A stretch of 64,000 bases of DNA from a bacterium (GTDB lineage: Bacteria; Zhuqueibacterota; Zhuqueibacteria; Residuimicrobiales; Residuimicrobiaceae), in the NCBI GenBank assembly GCA_029554865.1, contig JAKPUX010000025.1:11561-75560 (forward strand), read 5' to 3'. Below, in pieces: positions 38,325-48,232 of this stretch; the first letter of the stretch is position 1; every line of letters begins with the position of its first letter. The notes under the pieces are model-generated. The model saw nothing but the letters and a program-made list of their open reading frames with translations. It searched no databases and was not told the DNA's origin. The position numbers and the translations under genes are program-made.

Positions 38325-40967
38325 ATGACTTCCCAGGAGATACGTCAGAGTTTTCTTGATTTTTTTAAAAGCAAGAACCATCATATTGTCCCCAGTGCAC
38401 CAGTGGTGCCGCAGGATGATCCGACCCTGCTTTTCACCAACGCCGGCATGAACCAGTTCAAGGATGTTTTTCTCGGCCTGCGGCAGCGGCAGTGGGCGCG
38501 AGTCGCCGATTCACAGAAATGCATCCGGGTCTCCGGCAAGCACAACGATCTCGAGGAGGTCGGCCGGGACACCTATCATCATACCTTTTTCGAGATGCTC
38601 GGCAACTGGTCCTTCGGCGACTATTTCAAGGCTGAAGCCATCGAATGGGCCTGGGAGCTGCTGACCGGGGTCTGGCATCTGCCCGCGGACAAGCTATACG
38701 CCACGGTCTTCGCCGGGGATGAGCTCGACAAGGTGCCGGGGGATGAGGAGGCGGCGGAATACTGGGCGAGCCGCACTGCCATTGACCCCGCGCATATTCT
38801 TCGTTTCGGCAAGAAGGACAATTTCTGGGAGATGGGCGAGAGTGGTCCTTGCGGCCCCTGCTCCGAAATCCACATTGACCGCGGTCCCGGTTTTTGCACC
38901 AACACCGATCCCGGCCATGTCTGCGCGGTCAACAGTGGCTGTGCGCGTTTTATTGAGCTGTGGAATCTGGTCTTCATCCAGTACAATCGGGACGAAGAGG
39001 GGGTTCTCAACACCCTTCCGGCCAGGCATGTCGACACCGGCGCCGGTTTCGAGCGCTTGGTTTCGGTGCTGCAAAAGACCCGCTCCAATTATGACATCGA
39101 TCTTTTCGTTCCGATCATCGCCGAGATCTCGCGGGTGACCGGGCGTCCCTACGGGGAGGGGGAAGAAGGCGTCGCGTTCCGGGTTTTATGTGATCACATC
39201 CGTGCCCTCTCCTTTGCCATCGCCGACGGGGCAATACCCGGCAATGAGGGGCGGGGCTACGTTCTGCGCCGCATTCTGCGCCGCGCCGCCCGTTTCGGCC
39301 GCCTCCTGGGCATGCGCGAGCCGTTCATCTACAAACTGGTGAAGCCCCTGGCCGATTCGATGGGGGAGGCCTATCCGGAGCTGCGGCAGCGTCAATCCCA
39401 TATTGAACGCGTCATCCGCTCCGAAGAGGAGAGCTTTGGGCGCACCCTTGACCGCGGCATCGAGATTTTTGAGGAGAAAGCGGCGGCGAGCCCGGGAGGG
39501 GTACTCTCCGGCCGCGATGCCTTCCTGCTTCATGACACCTACGGCTTCCCGCTCGACCTCACCCAGTTGATGGCGGCGGAGAAAAACCTCAGCGTGGACG
39601 TGGCCGGCTTTGAGGCAGAGATGGAGGAGCAGCGGCAGCGTTCTTCGCGCGCCCGCGATGTCAGCTATGAGAAGATCGAGGTCGATGCCGTGATGGGGGA
39701 GGGTTCGCAGTTCAGGGGCTACCAGGTTGACATCCTGGAGACCGAGCTCATCCATTATGAACCGGGGCGGATCGTCCTGCGAGAGAGTCCCTTTTATGCA
39801 GAATCGGGCGGTCAGGTCGGCGACCGCGGTGAGATCGGCAACGACCATTTTCGTTTTGCCGTCGAGACCACAAAGCATGTCGGGGAGCACATTGTCCATT
39901 TTGGTGAGCTCAGGGAGGGAAGCGCGCCTGTTCCGGGTGAGCGGGTTGAGGCCAGTATTGATGCGGAGAGGCGGCGGGCGACCGAGCGCAATCATACGGT
40001 CACTCATCTTGTTCACCGCGCCCTGCGGACGGTGTTGGGCGAACATGTCCAGCAGGCCGGCTCGCTGGTGGCGCCTGATTACATGCGTTTTGATTTCACC
40101 CATTTCGAGAAAATGAGCGCGGAGCAGATCCGCGCGGTTGAGGATATAGTCAACCGGGAGATCCTGCAGAATCGCCCGGTGCATTGGCAGGTGATGCCGA
40201 TCGAGGAGGCCAAGGCGCTCGGGGCTATGGCCCTCTTCGGCGAGAAATATGGGGACGAGGTGCGCATGGTTGAGGTGCAGGATTTTTCCCGCGAGCTTTG
40301 CGGGGGCACCCATGTACGCGCCACCGGGGAGATCGGCCTTTTTGTCCTGCGCGGGGAATCGGCCATCGCCGCCGGGGTACGGCGGCTGGAGTGCCTCACC
40401 GGAGAGTCCGCCCGCGCATGGCTGCAGGGCAGGGCGGACATCGCCGCGCAGAGCGCGGTCCTGCTGGGCTGCCGTGACGAGGAGGTGGTTGAACGGCTGG
40501 AGCGGCTTCAGCAGGAGCGCAAGGCGTTGGAGGGGGAGATGCGCAAACTTCGCCACTCCACTTCCCGGGATATTGTCGGCGAACTGGTGCGCGGGGCGCA
40601 CAAGGTCGCTGGCATCAGTGTAGCGGCGGCGCAGATCGAGGCTGCGGGGGTTGACGAACTGAAGCAGACAGCGGATCTGCTGCGTGAAGGCCTGCAGAGC
40701 GGCGTCGGCGTACTGGCGGCTGTTATTGGTGATAAGGTCCAGTTCGTCTGCGTCGTGACCAAAGATCTGGTCGAGGGGCGCAAGCTCAAGGCTGGGGATA
40801 TCGTCCGCGAGATTGCGGCGGTTGCGGGTGGCAGCGGGGGCGGCAGCCCCCACATGGCTCTTGCCGGGGCCAGGGATGCCGGCAAGATCGCCGAGGCCCT
40901 GAATGGGGTGGAGAAGATCATCGCTGAAATGATCACAAGGTTGGAGCCCGGCGCTACCCAGGGCTGA
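38325..40967 (+). CDS. alaS: Alanine--tRNA ligase
   Basis: FTNAGMNQFK, HHTFFEMLGN, editing motifs HTVTH and ELCGGTH; ATG 38325. Confidence 0.98.
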   Translation: MTSQEIRQSFLDFFKSKNHHIVPSAPVVPQDDPTLLFTNAGMNQFKDVFLGLRQRQWARVADSQKCIRVSGKHNDLEEVGRDTYHHTFFEMLGNWSFGDYFKAEAIEWAWELLTGVWHLPADKLYATVFAGDELDKVPGDEEAAEYWASRTAIDPAHILRFGKKDNFWEMGESGPCGPCSEIHIDRGPGFCTNTDPGHVCAVNSGCARFIELWNLVFIQYNRDEEGVLNTLPARHVDTGAGFERLVSVLQKTRSNYDIDLFVPIIAEISRVTGRPYGEGEEGVAFRVLCDHIRALSFAIADGAIPGNEGRGYVLRRILRRAARFGRLLGMREPFIYKLVKPLADSMGEAYPELRQRQSHIERVIRSEEESFGRTLDRGIEIFEEKAAASPGGVLSGRDAFLLHDTYGFPLDLTQLMAAEKNLSVDVAGFEAEMEEQRQRSSRARDVSYEKIEVDAVMGEGSQFRGYQVDILETELIHYEPGRIVLRESPFYAESGGQVGDRGEIGNDHFRFAVETTKHVGEHIVHFGELREGSAPVPGERVEASIDAERRRATERNHTVTHLVHRALRTVLGEHVQQAGSLVAPDYMRFDFTHFEKMSAEQIRAVEDIVNREILQNRPVHWQVMPIEEAKALGAMALFGEKYGDEVRMVEVQDFSRELCGGTHVRATGEIGLFVLRGESAIAAGVRRLECLTGESARAWLQGRADIAAQSAVLLGCRDEEVVERLERLQQERKALEGEMRKLRHSTSRDIVGELVRGAHKVAGISVAAAQIEAAGVDELKQTADLLREGLQSGVGVLAAVIGDKVQFVCVVTKDLVEGRKLKAGDIVREIAAVAGGSGGGSPHMALAGARDAGKIAEALNGVEKIIAEMITRLEPGATQG

Positions 40968-40998
40968 TCGTCACTCACCAACTAATATGAGGTAGTCC

Positions 40999-41742
40999 GT
41001 GAAGGTTTATGAGCAGCTTCTGCAGATCAGGGAGGAAAAGGGCGCCGGCTATCTGGTGTTGATTGATCCGGACAAGCAGAGCATGCAGGAGGCGATCGAG
41101 CTGGCACGGGTGTGCAGCGAGAGCGGGGTTGACGGTCTGCTGCTGGGCGGCAGTCTGATGTTCACCCATATTTTTGATGATCTGATCAAGGGCATCAAGA
41201 CCGCCTCTCCACTGCCCCTGATCATTTTTCCGGGCAGCACGCGTCAGCTCTCCCCCTATGCGAATGCCATACTTTATCTTTCGCTCATCAGCGGGCGCAA
41301 TGCCTATTACATCATCGGCGACCAGGTGCTGGCCGCGCCGATAATCAAGTCGATGAATCTGGAAGCCATTTCCACCGCTTATATGCTGATCGAATCGGGA
41401 AATATCACTTCCGCACAATTTCTCAGCGATACGCGCCCGATACCAAGGGAGAAGCCCGACATCTCCGTCGCCCACGCGATGGCTGCGGAGCTTTTGGGAA
41501 TGCGCATGATCTATCTGGAGGCGGGCAGCGGGGCGCATCTCTCGGTGCCTGAAGAACATATCGCTGCCATCTGCCGCTACACCTCCCTTCCTGTCATCGT
41601 CGGCGGCGGCATCCGCGCCCCTGAAGAGGCGGCGCGCAAGGTGGCGGCAGGGGCGAGTTTTATCGTGACCGGCAATGTCATCGAAAAGAACCGCGATCGC
41701 GCCCTGATCAGCGCCTTTGCCGATTCCATTCACACCAGGTAG
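40999..41742 (+). CDS. Geranylgeranylglyceryl/heptaprenylglyceryl phosphate synthase (group II-like)
   Basis: LIDPDK, LLGGS, IFPG, LSLISGRN, YLEAGSGA, VGGGIR, VTGN. Confidence 0.92.
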   Translation: MKVYEQLLQIREEKGAGYLVLIDPDKQSMQEAIELARVCSESGVDGLLLGGSLMFTHIFDDLIKGIKTASPLPLIIFPGSTRQLSPYANAILYLSLISGRNAYYIIGDQVLAAPIIKSMNLEAISTAYMLIESGNITSAQFLSDTRPIPREKPDISVAHAMAAELLGMRMIYLEAGSGAHLSVPEEHIAAICRYTSLPVIVGGGIRAPEEAARKVAAGASFIVTGNVIEKNRDRALISAFADSIHTR

Positions 41743-41768
41743 TACTAATCAGGGCGGACGGGAGGTTT

Positions 41769-42563
41769 ATGGTTCTGGTCGATACACATGCGCATTTGCT
41801 GCCCTTCTGGGATGATGGAGCGGACAGGTGGGATACGGCACTGGGGATGCTGCGCGCAGCGGAGGAGGACGAGATCGGGGCGGTGGTCTGCACCCCGCAC
41901 ATCCTTTCGCCCAAGGACATGGAGCATGAGGATGCCCTCTGGGTGCGCTACGAAGAGCTGGTGGGGCGTTCCGCCGAGGCGGGTCTGAAAGTGAAGATTC
42001 ACATGGGCAGCGAGCTTTTCGCGCATCCCGGCATCGACCTGAAGCGCAGAATAGCCACCCCGGCGCAGAACGGCCGCTATTTTCTCGTGGAGTTTCCAAT
42101 GGGTTCGATGCCCGATTTTGTTCTCAAGGGCTTTTTCACCCAGATTGGCAAGGAGTACACCCCGGTCATTGCCCATCCGGAGCGTTATGCAAGGATCATC
42201 CAGAATCCCCGGGAGGCCATGATCCTGGTCGAGAAGGGGGCACTTTTACAGATCAACGCCGGGAGTCTGCTTGGGGTCTTTGGCGGAGCGATCAAGGAGA
42301 CGGCGGTCAAACTGCTCGATGCCAACCTGGTGCACATGGTCGCCTCAGACGCCCACGACCTCAAGGCGCGGCCGCTGCGGCTGCAGCCGGCTTTTACAGT
42401 GGTGGCGGAAAAGTACGGCCGCGAGAAGGCGCAGAGGCTTTTTGCTGACAATCCTGCCCGCATTTTGCGCGGGGAGGATGTGATCGCGGATCCTCCCCGT
42501 CCGATCGAGGAGGCCCCCAAGCGCGGCTTCTGGCAGCGGCTGGAGATCATGACCAAAAAATAG
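41769..42563 (+). CDS. PHP-family tyrosine-protein phosphatase (CpsB/CapC-like)
   Basis: DTHAHLLP..DDG, TPH, IAHPERY, QINAGS, ASDAH. Confidence 0.9.
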   Translation: MVLVDTHAHLLPFWDDGADRWDTALGMLRAAEEDEIGAVVCTPHILSPKDMEHEDALWVRYEELVGRSAEAGLKVKIHMGSELFAHPGIDLKRRIATPAQNGRYFLVEFPMGSMPDFVLKGFFTQIGKEYTPVIAHPERYARIIQNPREAMILVEKGALLQINAGSLLGVFGGAIKETAVKLLDANLVHMVASDAHDLKARPLRLQPAFTVVAEKYGREKAQRLFADNPARILRGEDVIADPPRPIEEAPKRGFWQRLEIMTKK

Positions 42564-42571
42564 CGCAGGAT

Positions 42572-43156
42572 ATGGAAAGACTGACTTTTATAGAAGAGCA
42601 GATGAGAGAGAGCGTGGAGCTGTTCGAGGCCATCCGCCGCGAAATGGGGCCGGCGATCAGCCGCGGTGCGGAGATGATGATCGACACCCTGCGCAGCGGC
42701 GGCAAGCTCCTCATCTGCGGCAACGGCGGCAGCGCTGCGGATGCCCAGCATTTCGCCGCGGAGCTGGTGGGCCGGCTGCAGCGGGAGCGCAAGGCCCTGC
42801 CGGCGATCGCGTTGACCACGGACACCTCCATTCTCACCGCTGTGGGTAATGACTATGGTTTTGCCAAAATTTTCCGCAGGCAGGTAGAGGCCTGGGGTCA
42901 GCCGGGCGATCTGCTGCTGGCGATCAGCACCAGCGGCAATTCACCCAATGTTCTGGAGGCTATCGCTGCGGCTCGGGCGCAAGGCATGCAGGTTCTCTCC
43001 CTGGCGGGACGAAGCGGCGGCGAGATGGCCGGCCTCTCCGATCTGGCGTTGGTGATGCCGGCGCGCAGCTCCCAGCACATTCAGGAGGGGCATATCGCCA
43101 TCATCCACATCTGGTGCGCCCTTGTTGAGGAGAGTCTGTGTCCTCCTGTATCCTAA
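42572..43156 (+). CDS. gmhA: Sedoheptulose 7-phosphate isomerase
   Basis: CGNGGSAADAQHFAAEL, ISTSGNS, IQEGH. Confidence 0.95.
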   Translation: MERLTFIEEQMRESVELFEAIRREMGPAISRGAEMMIDTLRSGGKLLICGNGGSAADAQHFAAELVGRLQRERKALPAIALTTDTSILTAVGNDYGFAKIFRRQVEAWGQPGDLLLAISTSGNSPNVLEAIAAARAQGMQVLSLAGRSGGEMAGLSDLALVMPARSSQHIQEGHIAIIHIWCALVEESLCPPVS

Positions 43157-43174
43157 TCCAGAGTCATCCATCGA

Positions 43175-45268
43175 TTGAATTTTCTTAATTCTGCCATATT
43201 GATGGGGCTGGCTGCAGTGGCCTTGCCCATCCTCATCCACCTCTTCACCAGAGCCCGGGCCAAACCCATCCCCTTCAGCTCACTGCGTTTCCTCAAGCAG
43301 CTGCGGAACCAGAAAATCCGGCGCATCAAGATACGTCAGATCCTGCTCCTTCTTTTGCGCACCCTGGCGGTGCTTTTTCTTGTGCTCGGCTTCGCCCGCC
43401 CGACCTGCCGCACCCAATCCGGTTCCGGGGCCCGTTCCCGCACAAGTGCGGTCCTTCTGCTCGACAACTCGGCAAGCATGGCGCTCGAAGAGCAGGGGGA
43501 GAGCCTCTTTGCGGCGGCCAGGGAAGCGGGGGCGCGCATCATCGAGCTGATGCAGCCGGGCGACGAGCTCTATCTTTGCACGACTACCGATACGTTAGAA
43601 GGGACGGAGCGGCGGGCCTTTCATGATTTTCAGGCCTTCCGCCGCCGGCTCGAGGCCACACCCCTCAGTTTCAGGGCGACTGATATCTCGGCGGGGATGC
43701 GTTTTGCACAGAACCTGCTTCAATCCGCCCACAATGTAAACAAGGAACTTTACCTGCTCTCGGACATGCAGGCGACCGGCTTTGCTGCTGATTCCCTGCC
43801 GGCGCGGGAATTCAATCCGCGGCAGTACGCCGTGCCGCTGCTCGCTTCCCATCCCGCCAACCTGGCCGTGACCGGCGTCCGGCTGCGCTCCGCCATTCTG
43901 GAAAGAGGCAAGACGGTGGAGGTGGAGGTGACCCTGGCCAACTCCGGCCAGGAGCCCGGGCGCACCAAGCTGGTGCAGCTCTTCATCCATGGCCAGCGTG
44001 TGGCCCAACGGATGGTCTCGCTGGAGAGGGGGACGACGGCGCAGGAGCTCTTCAGGTTCATCGTCGACCGCGACGGCTGGATCGAGGGCTATGTCCAGCT
44101 CGAAGATGACGCTCTGATGGAGGATAACCTTCGCTATTTTACCTTCTATGTGCCGGAACGGCTCAATGTCGGGGTGATCGGCGAGAGGACCGCCGGCAGT
44201 GAACTGCTGCAGCTCGCCCTGCAATCTTCGGCCGATTCGAGTGCCTTTTTGCGCCTTTTCACCGCTGTGCCTGAACGCTCCTCCGGTCTGGCCATCGATT
44301 CCCTCCAGCTGCTTTTGCTTCACGATGTCAGCCGCCTGCCCGACGCGGTGGTGGAGAGGATTGGGGCGTGGCACAGTCGCGGGGGCGGGATCATTCTGGT
44401 GCTGGGCCGGCGCACGGACATCGGCTGGTACAACGCCCGTCTCGCCCCGGTCCTGGGGCTCAGCCCCGTGCTGGCCGCGTTCGGCGAGGGGGGTCATTTT
44501 TCACTTGGCCGTGTCGATGGCACTCATCCTGTATTTTCTGGTATCTTTGAGGGAGCGGAGATCCAGTTCGCCCGCCCCCAATTCAATTTCGCCTGTCGCG
44601 TCGCTTCCGCCCCCGACCAGCATGCCCTGCTCTCCTTCAGCACCGGGGATCCCTACCTGTATGAAGTCAGACGCGATGAGGGCGCCCTGCTGGTTTTCAC
44701 CTCCAGTTTTGAGCCGGAGGTGAGCGACATGGCGTACAGAACCATCTTTGCTCCCCTTCTCCATCGCAGCATCAGCTATCTGGCTGCGCATGGCCAGAAC
44801 CGCGGGGTCGAGCTTTCTGCGGGCGAGGTTTTACGTTACCGGCTTGCCGGTCAGGAGCTGCAGAAGCAGCTGGAAATACACCGGCCTGACGGCGGAGTGG
44901 ATCTTGTCCACCCCGGGATCACCGCATCGGGGGCGTGGATCGACCACGCTGCCACCGGAATTCCGGGGCTCTATTCACTGAGAGCAGATGGCAAACGGCT
45001 TGCGGTATGGGCGGTCAATATTCCGGCCCGGGAGCTGGATCTGAGAAGGGCGGAGAGGGAACTCGTCGAGGATTCCCACCACCTCCACTGGGTGGATGAT
45101 CCGGCCCGCATCGACCAGTTCATCCGCGAGGAGCGGATCGGACGGGAGTACTGGCGGGAGCTGCTGCTGGCCGGGCTGCTGCTTCTGCTGCTGGAGATGG
45201 CCCTCTATCGCGAGAAGGGAGAACTCCCGTCGGAAGAGGAGAGTCAGGAGATGCGGAGGGGATCATGA
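43175..45268 (+). CDS. BatA-domain/vWA-like membrane protein
   Basis: PILIHL...FSSLRFL...LLLLRTL...FARP, LLDNSASM, LLSD; C-terminal TM; TTG start. Confidence 0.85.
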   Translation: MNFLNSAILMGLAAVALPILIHLFTRARAKPIPFSSLRFLKQLRNQKIRRIKIRQILLLLLRTLAVLFLVLGFARPTCRTQSGSGARSRTSAVLLLDNSASMALEEQGESLFAAAREAGARIIELMQPGDELYLCTTTDTLEGTERRAFHDFQAFRRRLEATPLSFRATDISAGMRFAQNLLQSAHNVNKELYLLSDMQATGFAADSLPAREFNPRQYAVPLLASHPANLAVTGVRLRSAILERGKTVEVEVTLANSGQEPGRTKLVQLFIHGQRVAQRMVSLERGTTAQELFRFIVDRDGWIEGYVQLEDDALMEDNLRYFTFYVPERLNVGVIGERTAGSELLQLALQSSADSSAFLRLFTAVPERSSGLAIDSLQLLLLHDVSRLPDAVVERIGAWHSRGGGIILVLGRRTDIGWYNARLAPVLGLSPVLAAFGEGGHFSLGRVDGTHPVFSGIFEGAEIQFARPQFNFACRVASAPDQHALLSFSTGDPYLYEVRRDEGALLVFTSSFEPEVSDMAYRTIFAPLLHRSISYLAAHGQNRGVELSAGEVLRYRLAGQELQKQLEIHRPDGGVDLVHPGITASGAWIDHAATGIPGLYSLRADGKRLAVWAVNIPARELDLRRAERELVEDSHHLHWVDDPARIDQFIREERIGREYWRELLLAGLLLLLLEMALYREKGELPSEEESQEMRRGS

Positions 45269-46560
45269 AGGAATCCCAGGAGAGAGAGCGAGCCGTCATC
45301 GTCGGACTAATCACCAGGGAGACCCCCTCCTGGCGTGTCGAGGACTATCTGGACGAGCTGGAACAACTCGCTGATACGGCGGGGGCCGAGGTGATCGAGC
45401 GGGTGGTGCAGGAGCGGGAGCGTCGGGACCCCGCCTTCATGATCGGCCGGGGCAAGGCGGAGGAACTCGCCCGAACTGCCCGCTACCAGGATGCCGATCT
45501 GATCATTTTTGACGATGATCTCACCCCGGCGCAGGCGAAAAACATCGAAAAGCTGTGCGGCGTCAAGATCGTCGACAGGAGCGCCTTGATCCTCGACATT
45601 TTTGCCAAACATGCCCGCACCCGCGAGGCCCGCACCCAGGTGGAGCTGGCGCAGCTGCAGTATCTGCTGCCCCGCCTCACCGGGCAGTGGCGTCATCTCG
45701 AGCGTCAAGTGGGCGGTATCGGGGTGCGCGGTCCCGGGGAAACCCAGCTCGAGGTCGATCGCCGGCTGGTGCGCAAACGGGTCGCCGTTTTACAAAAGGA
45801 GTTGGAAAAGATTGCCGGCCAGCGCGAGATCCGCCGCAAGAACCGTCGTGATTTTTTCAAGGCGGCTCTGGTCGGCTATACCAATGTCGGCAAATCGACC
45901 CTGCTCAATGCCCTGACCGAGGCCGGAGTGCTGGTTGAGGACCGCCTTTTCGCCACCCTAGATGCCACAGTCCGCACCCTGCCCATGGACAACCGCCGCC
46001 GGCTGCTGCTGATCGACACGGTCGGCTTCATCCGCAAGCTGCCGCACCACCTGGTCGCCTCTTTCAAGAGCACCCTGGAGGAGTCGGCTGATGCCGATCT
46101 TCTTCTCCATGTCATCGATATCAGTCACCCCAATTTTGGCGAGCAGATGAATGTGGTGGACAAGGTTCTCAAGGAGCTCAACCTTGGGGGGAGGCCGGTG
46201 CTCAAGGTCTTCAACAAGATCGACCAGTTTGACCAGTCCGGTGTGGTCGCCAGGCTGCGGGAGACCGAGCAGCCCTGTGTGTTCGTCTCGGCAGCGCGCG
46301 GCATCGGCCTGCCGCAGCTGGTGGAGCGGCTGGCGGAGTTCGCCGATGCCGCCTTTGTCACGGATGAATTGGTGCTTCCCCTGGAAAAGGCCTCCCGGGT
46401 TCCCAAACTGTATGAGGTGGTCGAGGTTCTGAACACCTCCTACGGGGAGGAGGAGATGGCGGTGCAAATCCGCTTCGCACGCCAGGAGGAGCGGCGGGTG
46501 CGCAGCCAGGTTGCGAAAATACTGCAGATGGATGAGGAAGATGGCTCTGCGCATGAATAG
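45265..46560 (+). CDS. hflX: GTPase HflX
   Basis: LILDIFA.HA.TREA, GPGETQLE, GYTNVGKS, DTVGFI, NKID. Confidence 0.96.
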   Translation: MKESQERERAVIVGLITRETPSWRVEDYLDELEQLADTAGAEVIERVVQERERRDPAFMIGRGKAEELARTARYQDADLIIFDDDLTPAQAKNIEKLCGVKIVDRSALILDIFAKHARTREARTQVELAQLQYLLPRLTGQWRHLERQVGGIGVRGPGETQLEVDRRLVRKRVAVLQKELEKIAGQREIRRKNRRDFFKAALVGYTNVGKSTLLNALTEAGVLVEDRLFATLDATVRTLPMDNRRRLLLIDTVGFIRKLPHHLVASFKSTLEESADADLLLHVIDISHPNFGEQMNVVDKVLKELNLGGRPVLKVFNKIDQFDQSGVVARLRETEQPCVFVSAARGIGLPQLVERLAEFADAAFVTDELVLPLEKASRVPKLYEVVEVLNTSYGEEEMAVQIRFARQEERRVRSQVAKILQMDEEDGSAHE

Positions 46561-48229
46561 AGGGGCTAGCTGGTTGACGGCGGTGCTGATTTTGCTCTGG
46601 GTGGCGGGAGCAGCAGCCCAGAGCGAGGGGCGCATCCGCGGCACCAACCGCCATTACCGCCACGGAGATTGGACAACCTGGTCCTCGATGCGCCATATTC
46701 GCCACCTCTGCCTTTCACAGGAGCGTCTCTATCTGGCCACGACCGGCGGAATCGGCTGCTTCAATTTTTTCAGCCAGCAGTGGGAGGAGCCCCATACGGT
46801 CAGCAGCGGTCTGGCCAGCGCTGATATCGGACTGGTGGCCTGGGACGAAAACAGCGGGTTTTTGTGGTGTACGCAGAGCGAGGGCATCAGCTATCTGGGT
46901 CCGGCTTCCGGGGTGTGGACCAATCTTTTTTACGACGAGATCGGTTTTTACGACCGTGAGTCCGTAAGCTCCATTGGTTTCGGCGTCAATCATCAAATCT
47001 ACCTGGTCACCAGCCGGGGGCGCAGCCTGGCCGGCCACAGCAACGGAGGCGGCTTCGAGTGGGGCGCCACTCCGCGGCCGGAGGAGGAGGTCAAATGGTT
47101 CGGGGAGGCCGCTGCTGTCGATCCACCCCCGCCCCATCTCTTTCTACCCCCGGGTTATTATTATGACGAACAGGAAAGGGTGATCACCGACAGTCATGGC
47201 AGGCGTTATCCACTCACCTGCTGGCTGCGCGACGCCTGGAACACCCTCTGGATCGGCACCTGGGGGCTGGGGGCGGCGCGCGTCGACCTGGTCTCCGCCC
47301 GATTTGAGGCCCTGCCCTACGGCCTGTGGGATGACGCTGTCGACGTCCTCGCCTTTGATCAGGGCGCACTCTGGGCCGGCGGCGATCAGGGGCAGACGGG
47401 GGGAGGAGGGTTGACGAGATGGGAGATCGGCATCCGCAATCCCGAATACTATGAACCACGCTATATCACCGGTTTCAGCGACGACCGCATCACTGCCATG
47501 GCCTTTGATGAGGAGGCCTTCTGGTTCGGCACCCGCAACGGGCTGACGCGCTACGATCTCGACCGGCGCAGCTGGCGCACCCTGAGCCAGGTTGATCACC
47601 TTTCCGATCCGCGCATCACCCATCTCTATCTGGACGAAGAGTATCTCTGGGTGGCGAGCGAAGCGGGGCTGTCGCGCATTCTCAAGGCGAGCGCAGGCCG
47701 GCGGGACTCCCTGGTCGTCGATATCATCGACCCGCGTCAGCTTGGCGACCTGAGGATCTCATTTCTCGCCCCGCAGGGGGACACCCTCTGGGTGGGCACC
47801 GAGTATGGATTGTACTGGTACAATGTGAGTGCCGACAGCGGCGAATTCTACGGTGATGGCTTTTTTCCGGCGAACCAGGAGATTGATGCTGTGGTCTGCT
47901 ATGGAGATGAGGTCTGGTTCGGCACCAGCTACGGCATCGCCGGATTCAATGCCAGGAACGGCGAATGGTTCGCTCCGCCAGCCCAACGTCTGGAGCGGTT
48001 GGGCCGGATCTTCTGGATGGAGGTGGACGGTTTTTCGGTCTGGGCGGCCGGGGAGCGGGGGGTGCAGCGTTATGACCGTGAGGGGCTGCGCTGGATTCGT
48101 TACAGCATGGAGGACGGCCTGCCCGCTCAGGAGATCCGCACCCTCCGCATCGATGGGGATTATGTCTGGTTCGGCAGCAGCCGCGGCCTGACCCTTTTTT
48201 ACTGGAATGCACCTTACCGGATCGATTGA
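46541..48229 (+). CDS. Secreted beta-propeller repeat protein
   Basis: Signal peptide, repeated W(F/I/V)GT..GL blades; start uncertain (46541 or 46553). Confidence 0.75.
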   Translation: MALRMNRGASWLTAVLILLWVAGAAAQSEGRIRGTNRHYRHGDWTTWSSMRHIRHLCLSQERLYLATTGGIGCFNFFSQQWEEPHTVSSGLASADIGLVAWDENSGFLWCTQSEGISYLGPASGVWTNLFYDEIGFYDRESVSSIGFGVNHQIYLVTSRGRSLAGHSNGGGFEWGATPRPEEEVKWFGEAAAVDPPPPHLFLPPGYYYDEQERVITDSHGRRYPLTCWLRDAWNTLWIGTWGLGAARVDLVSARFEALPYGLWDDAVDVLAFDQGALWAGGDQGQTGGGGLTRWEIGIRNPEYYEPRYITGFSDDRITAMAFDEEAFWFGTRNGLTRYDLDRRSWRTLSQVDHLSDPRITHLYLDEEYLWVASEAGLSRILKASAGRRDSLVVDIIDPRQLGDLRISFLAPQGDTLWVGTEYGLYWYNVSADSGEFYGDGFFPANQEIDAVVCYGDEVWFGTSYGIAGFNARNGEWFAPPAQRLERLGRIFWMEVDGFSVWAAGERGVQRYDREGLRWIRYSMEDGLPAQEIRTLRIDGDYVWFGSSRGLTLFYWNAPYRID

Positions 48230-48232
48230 ATC

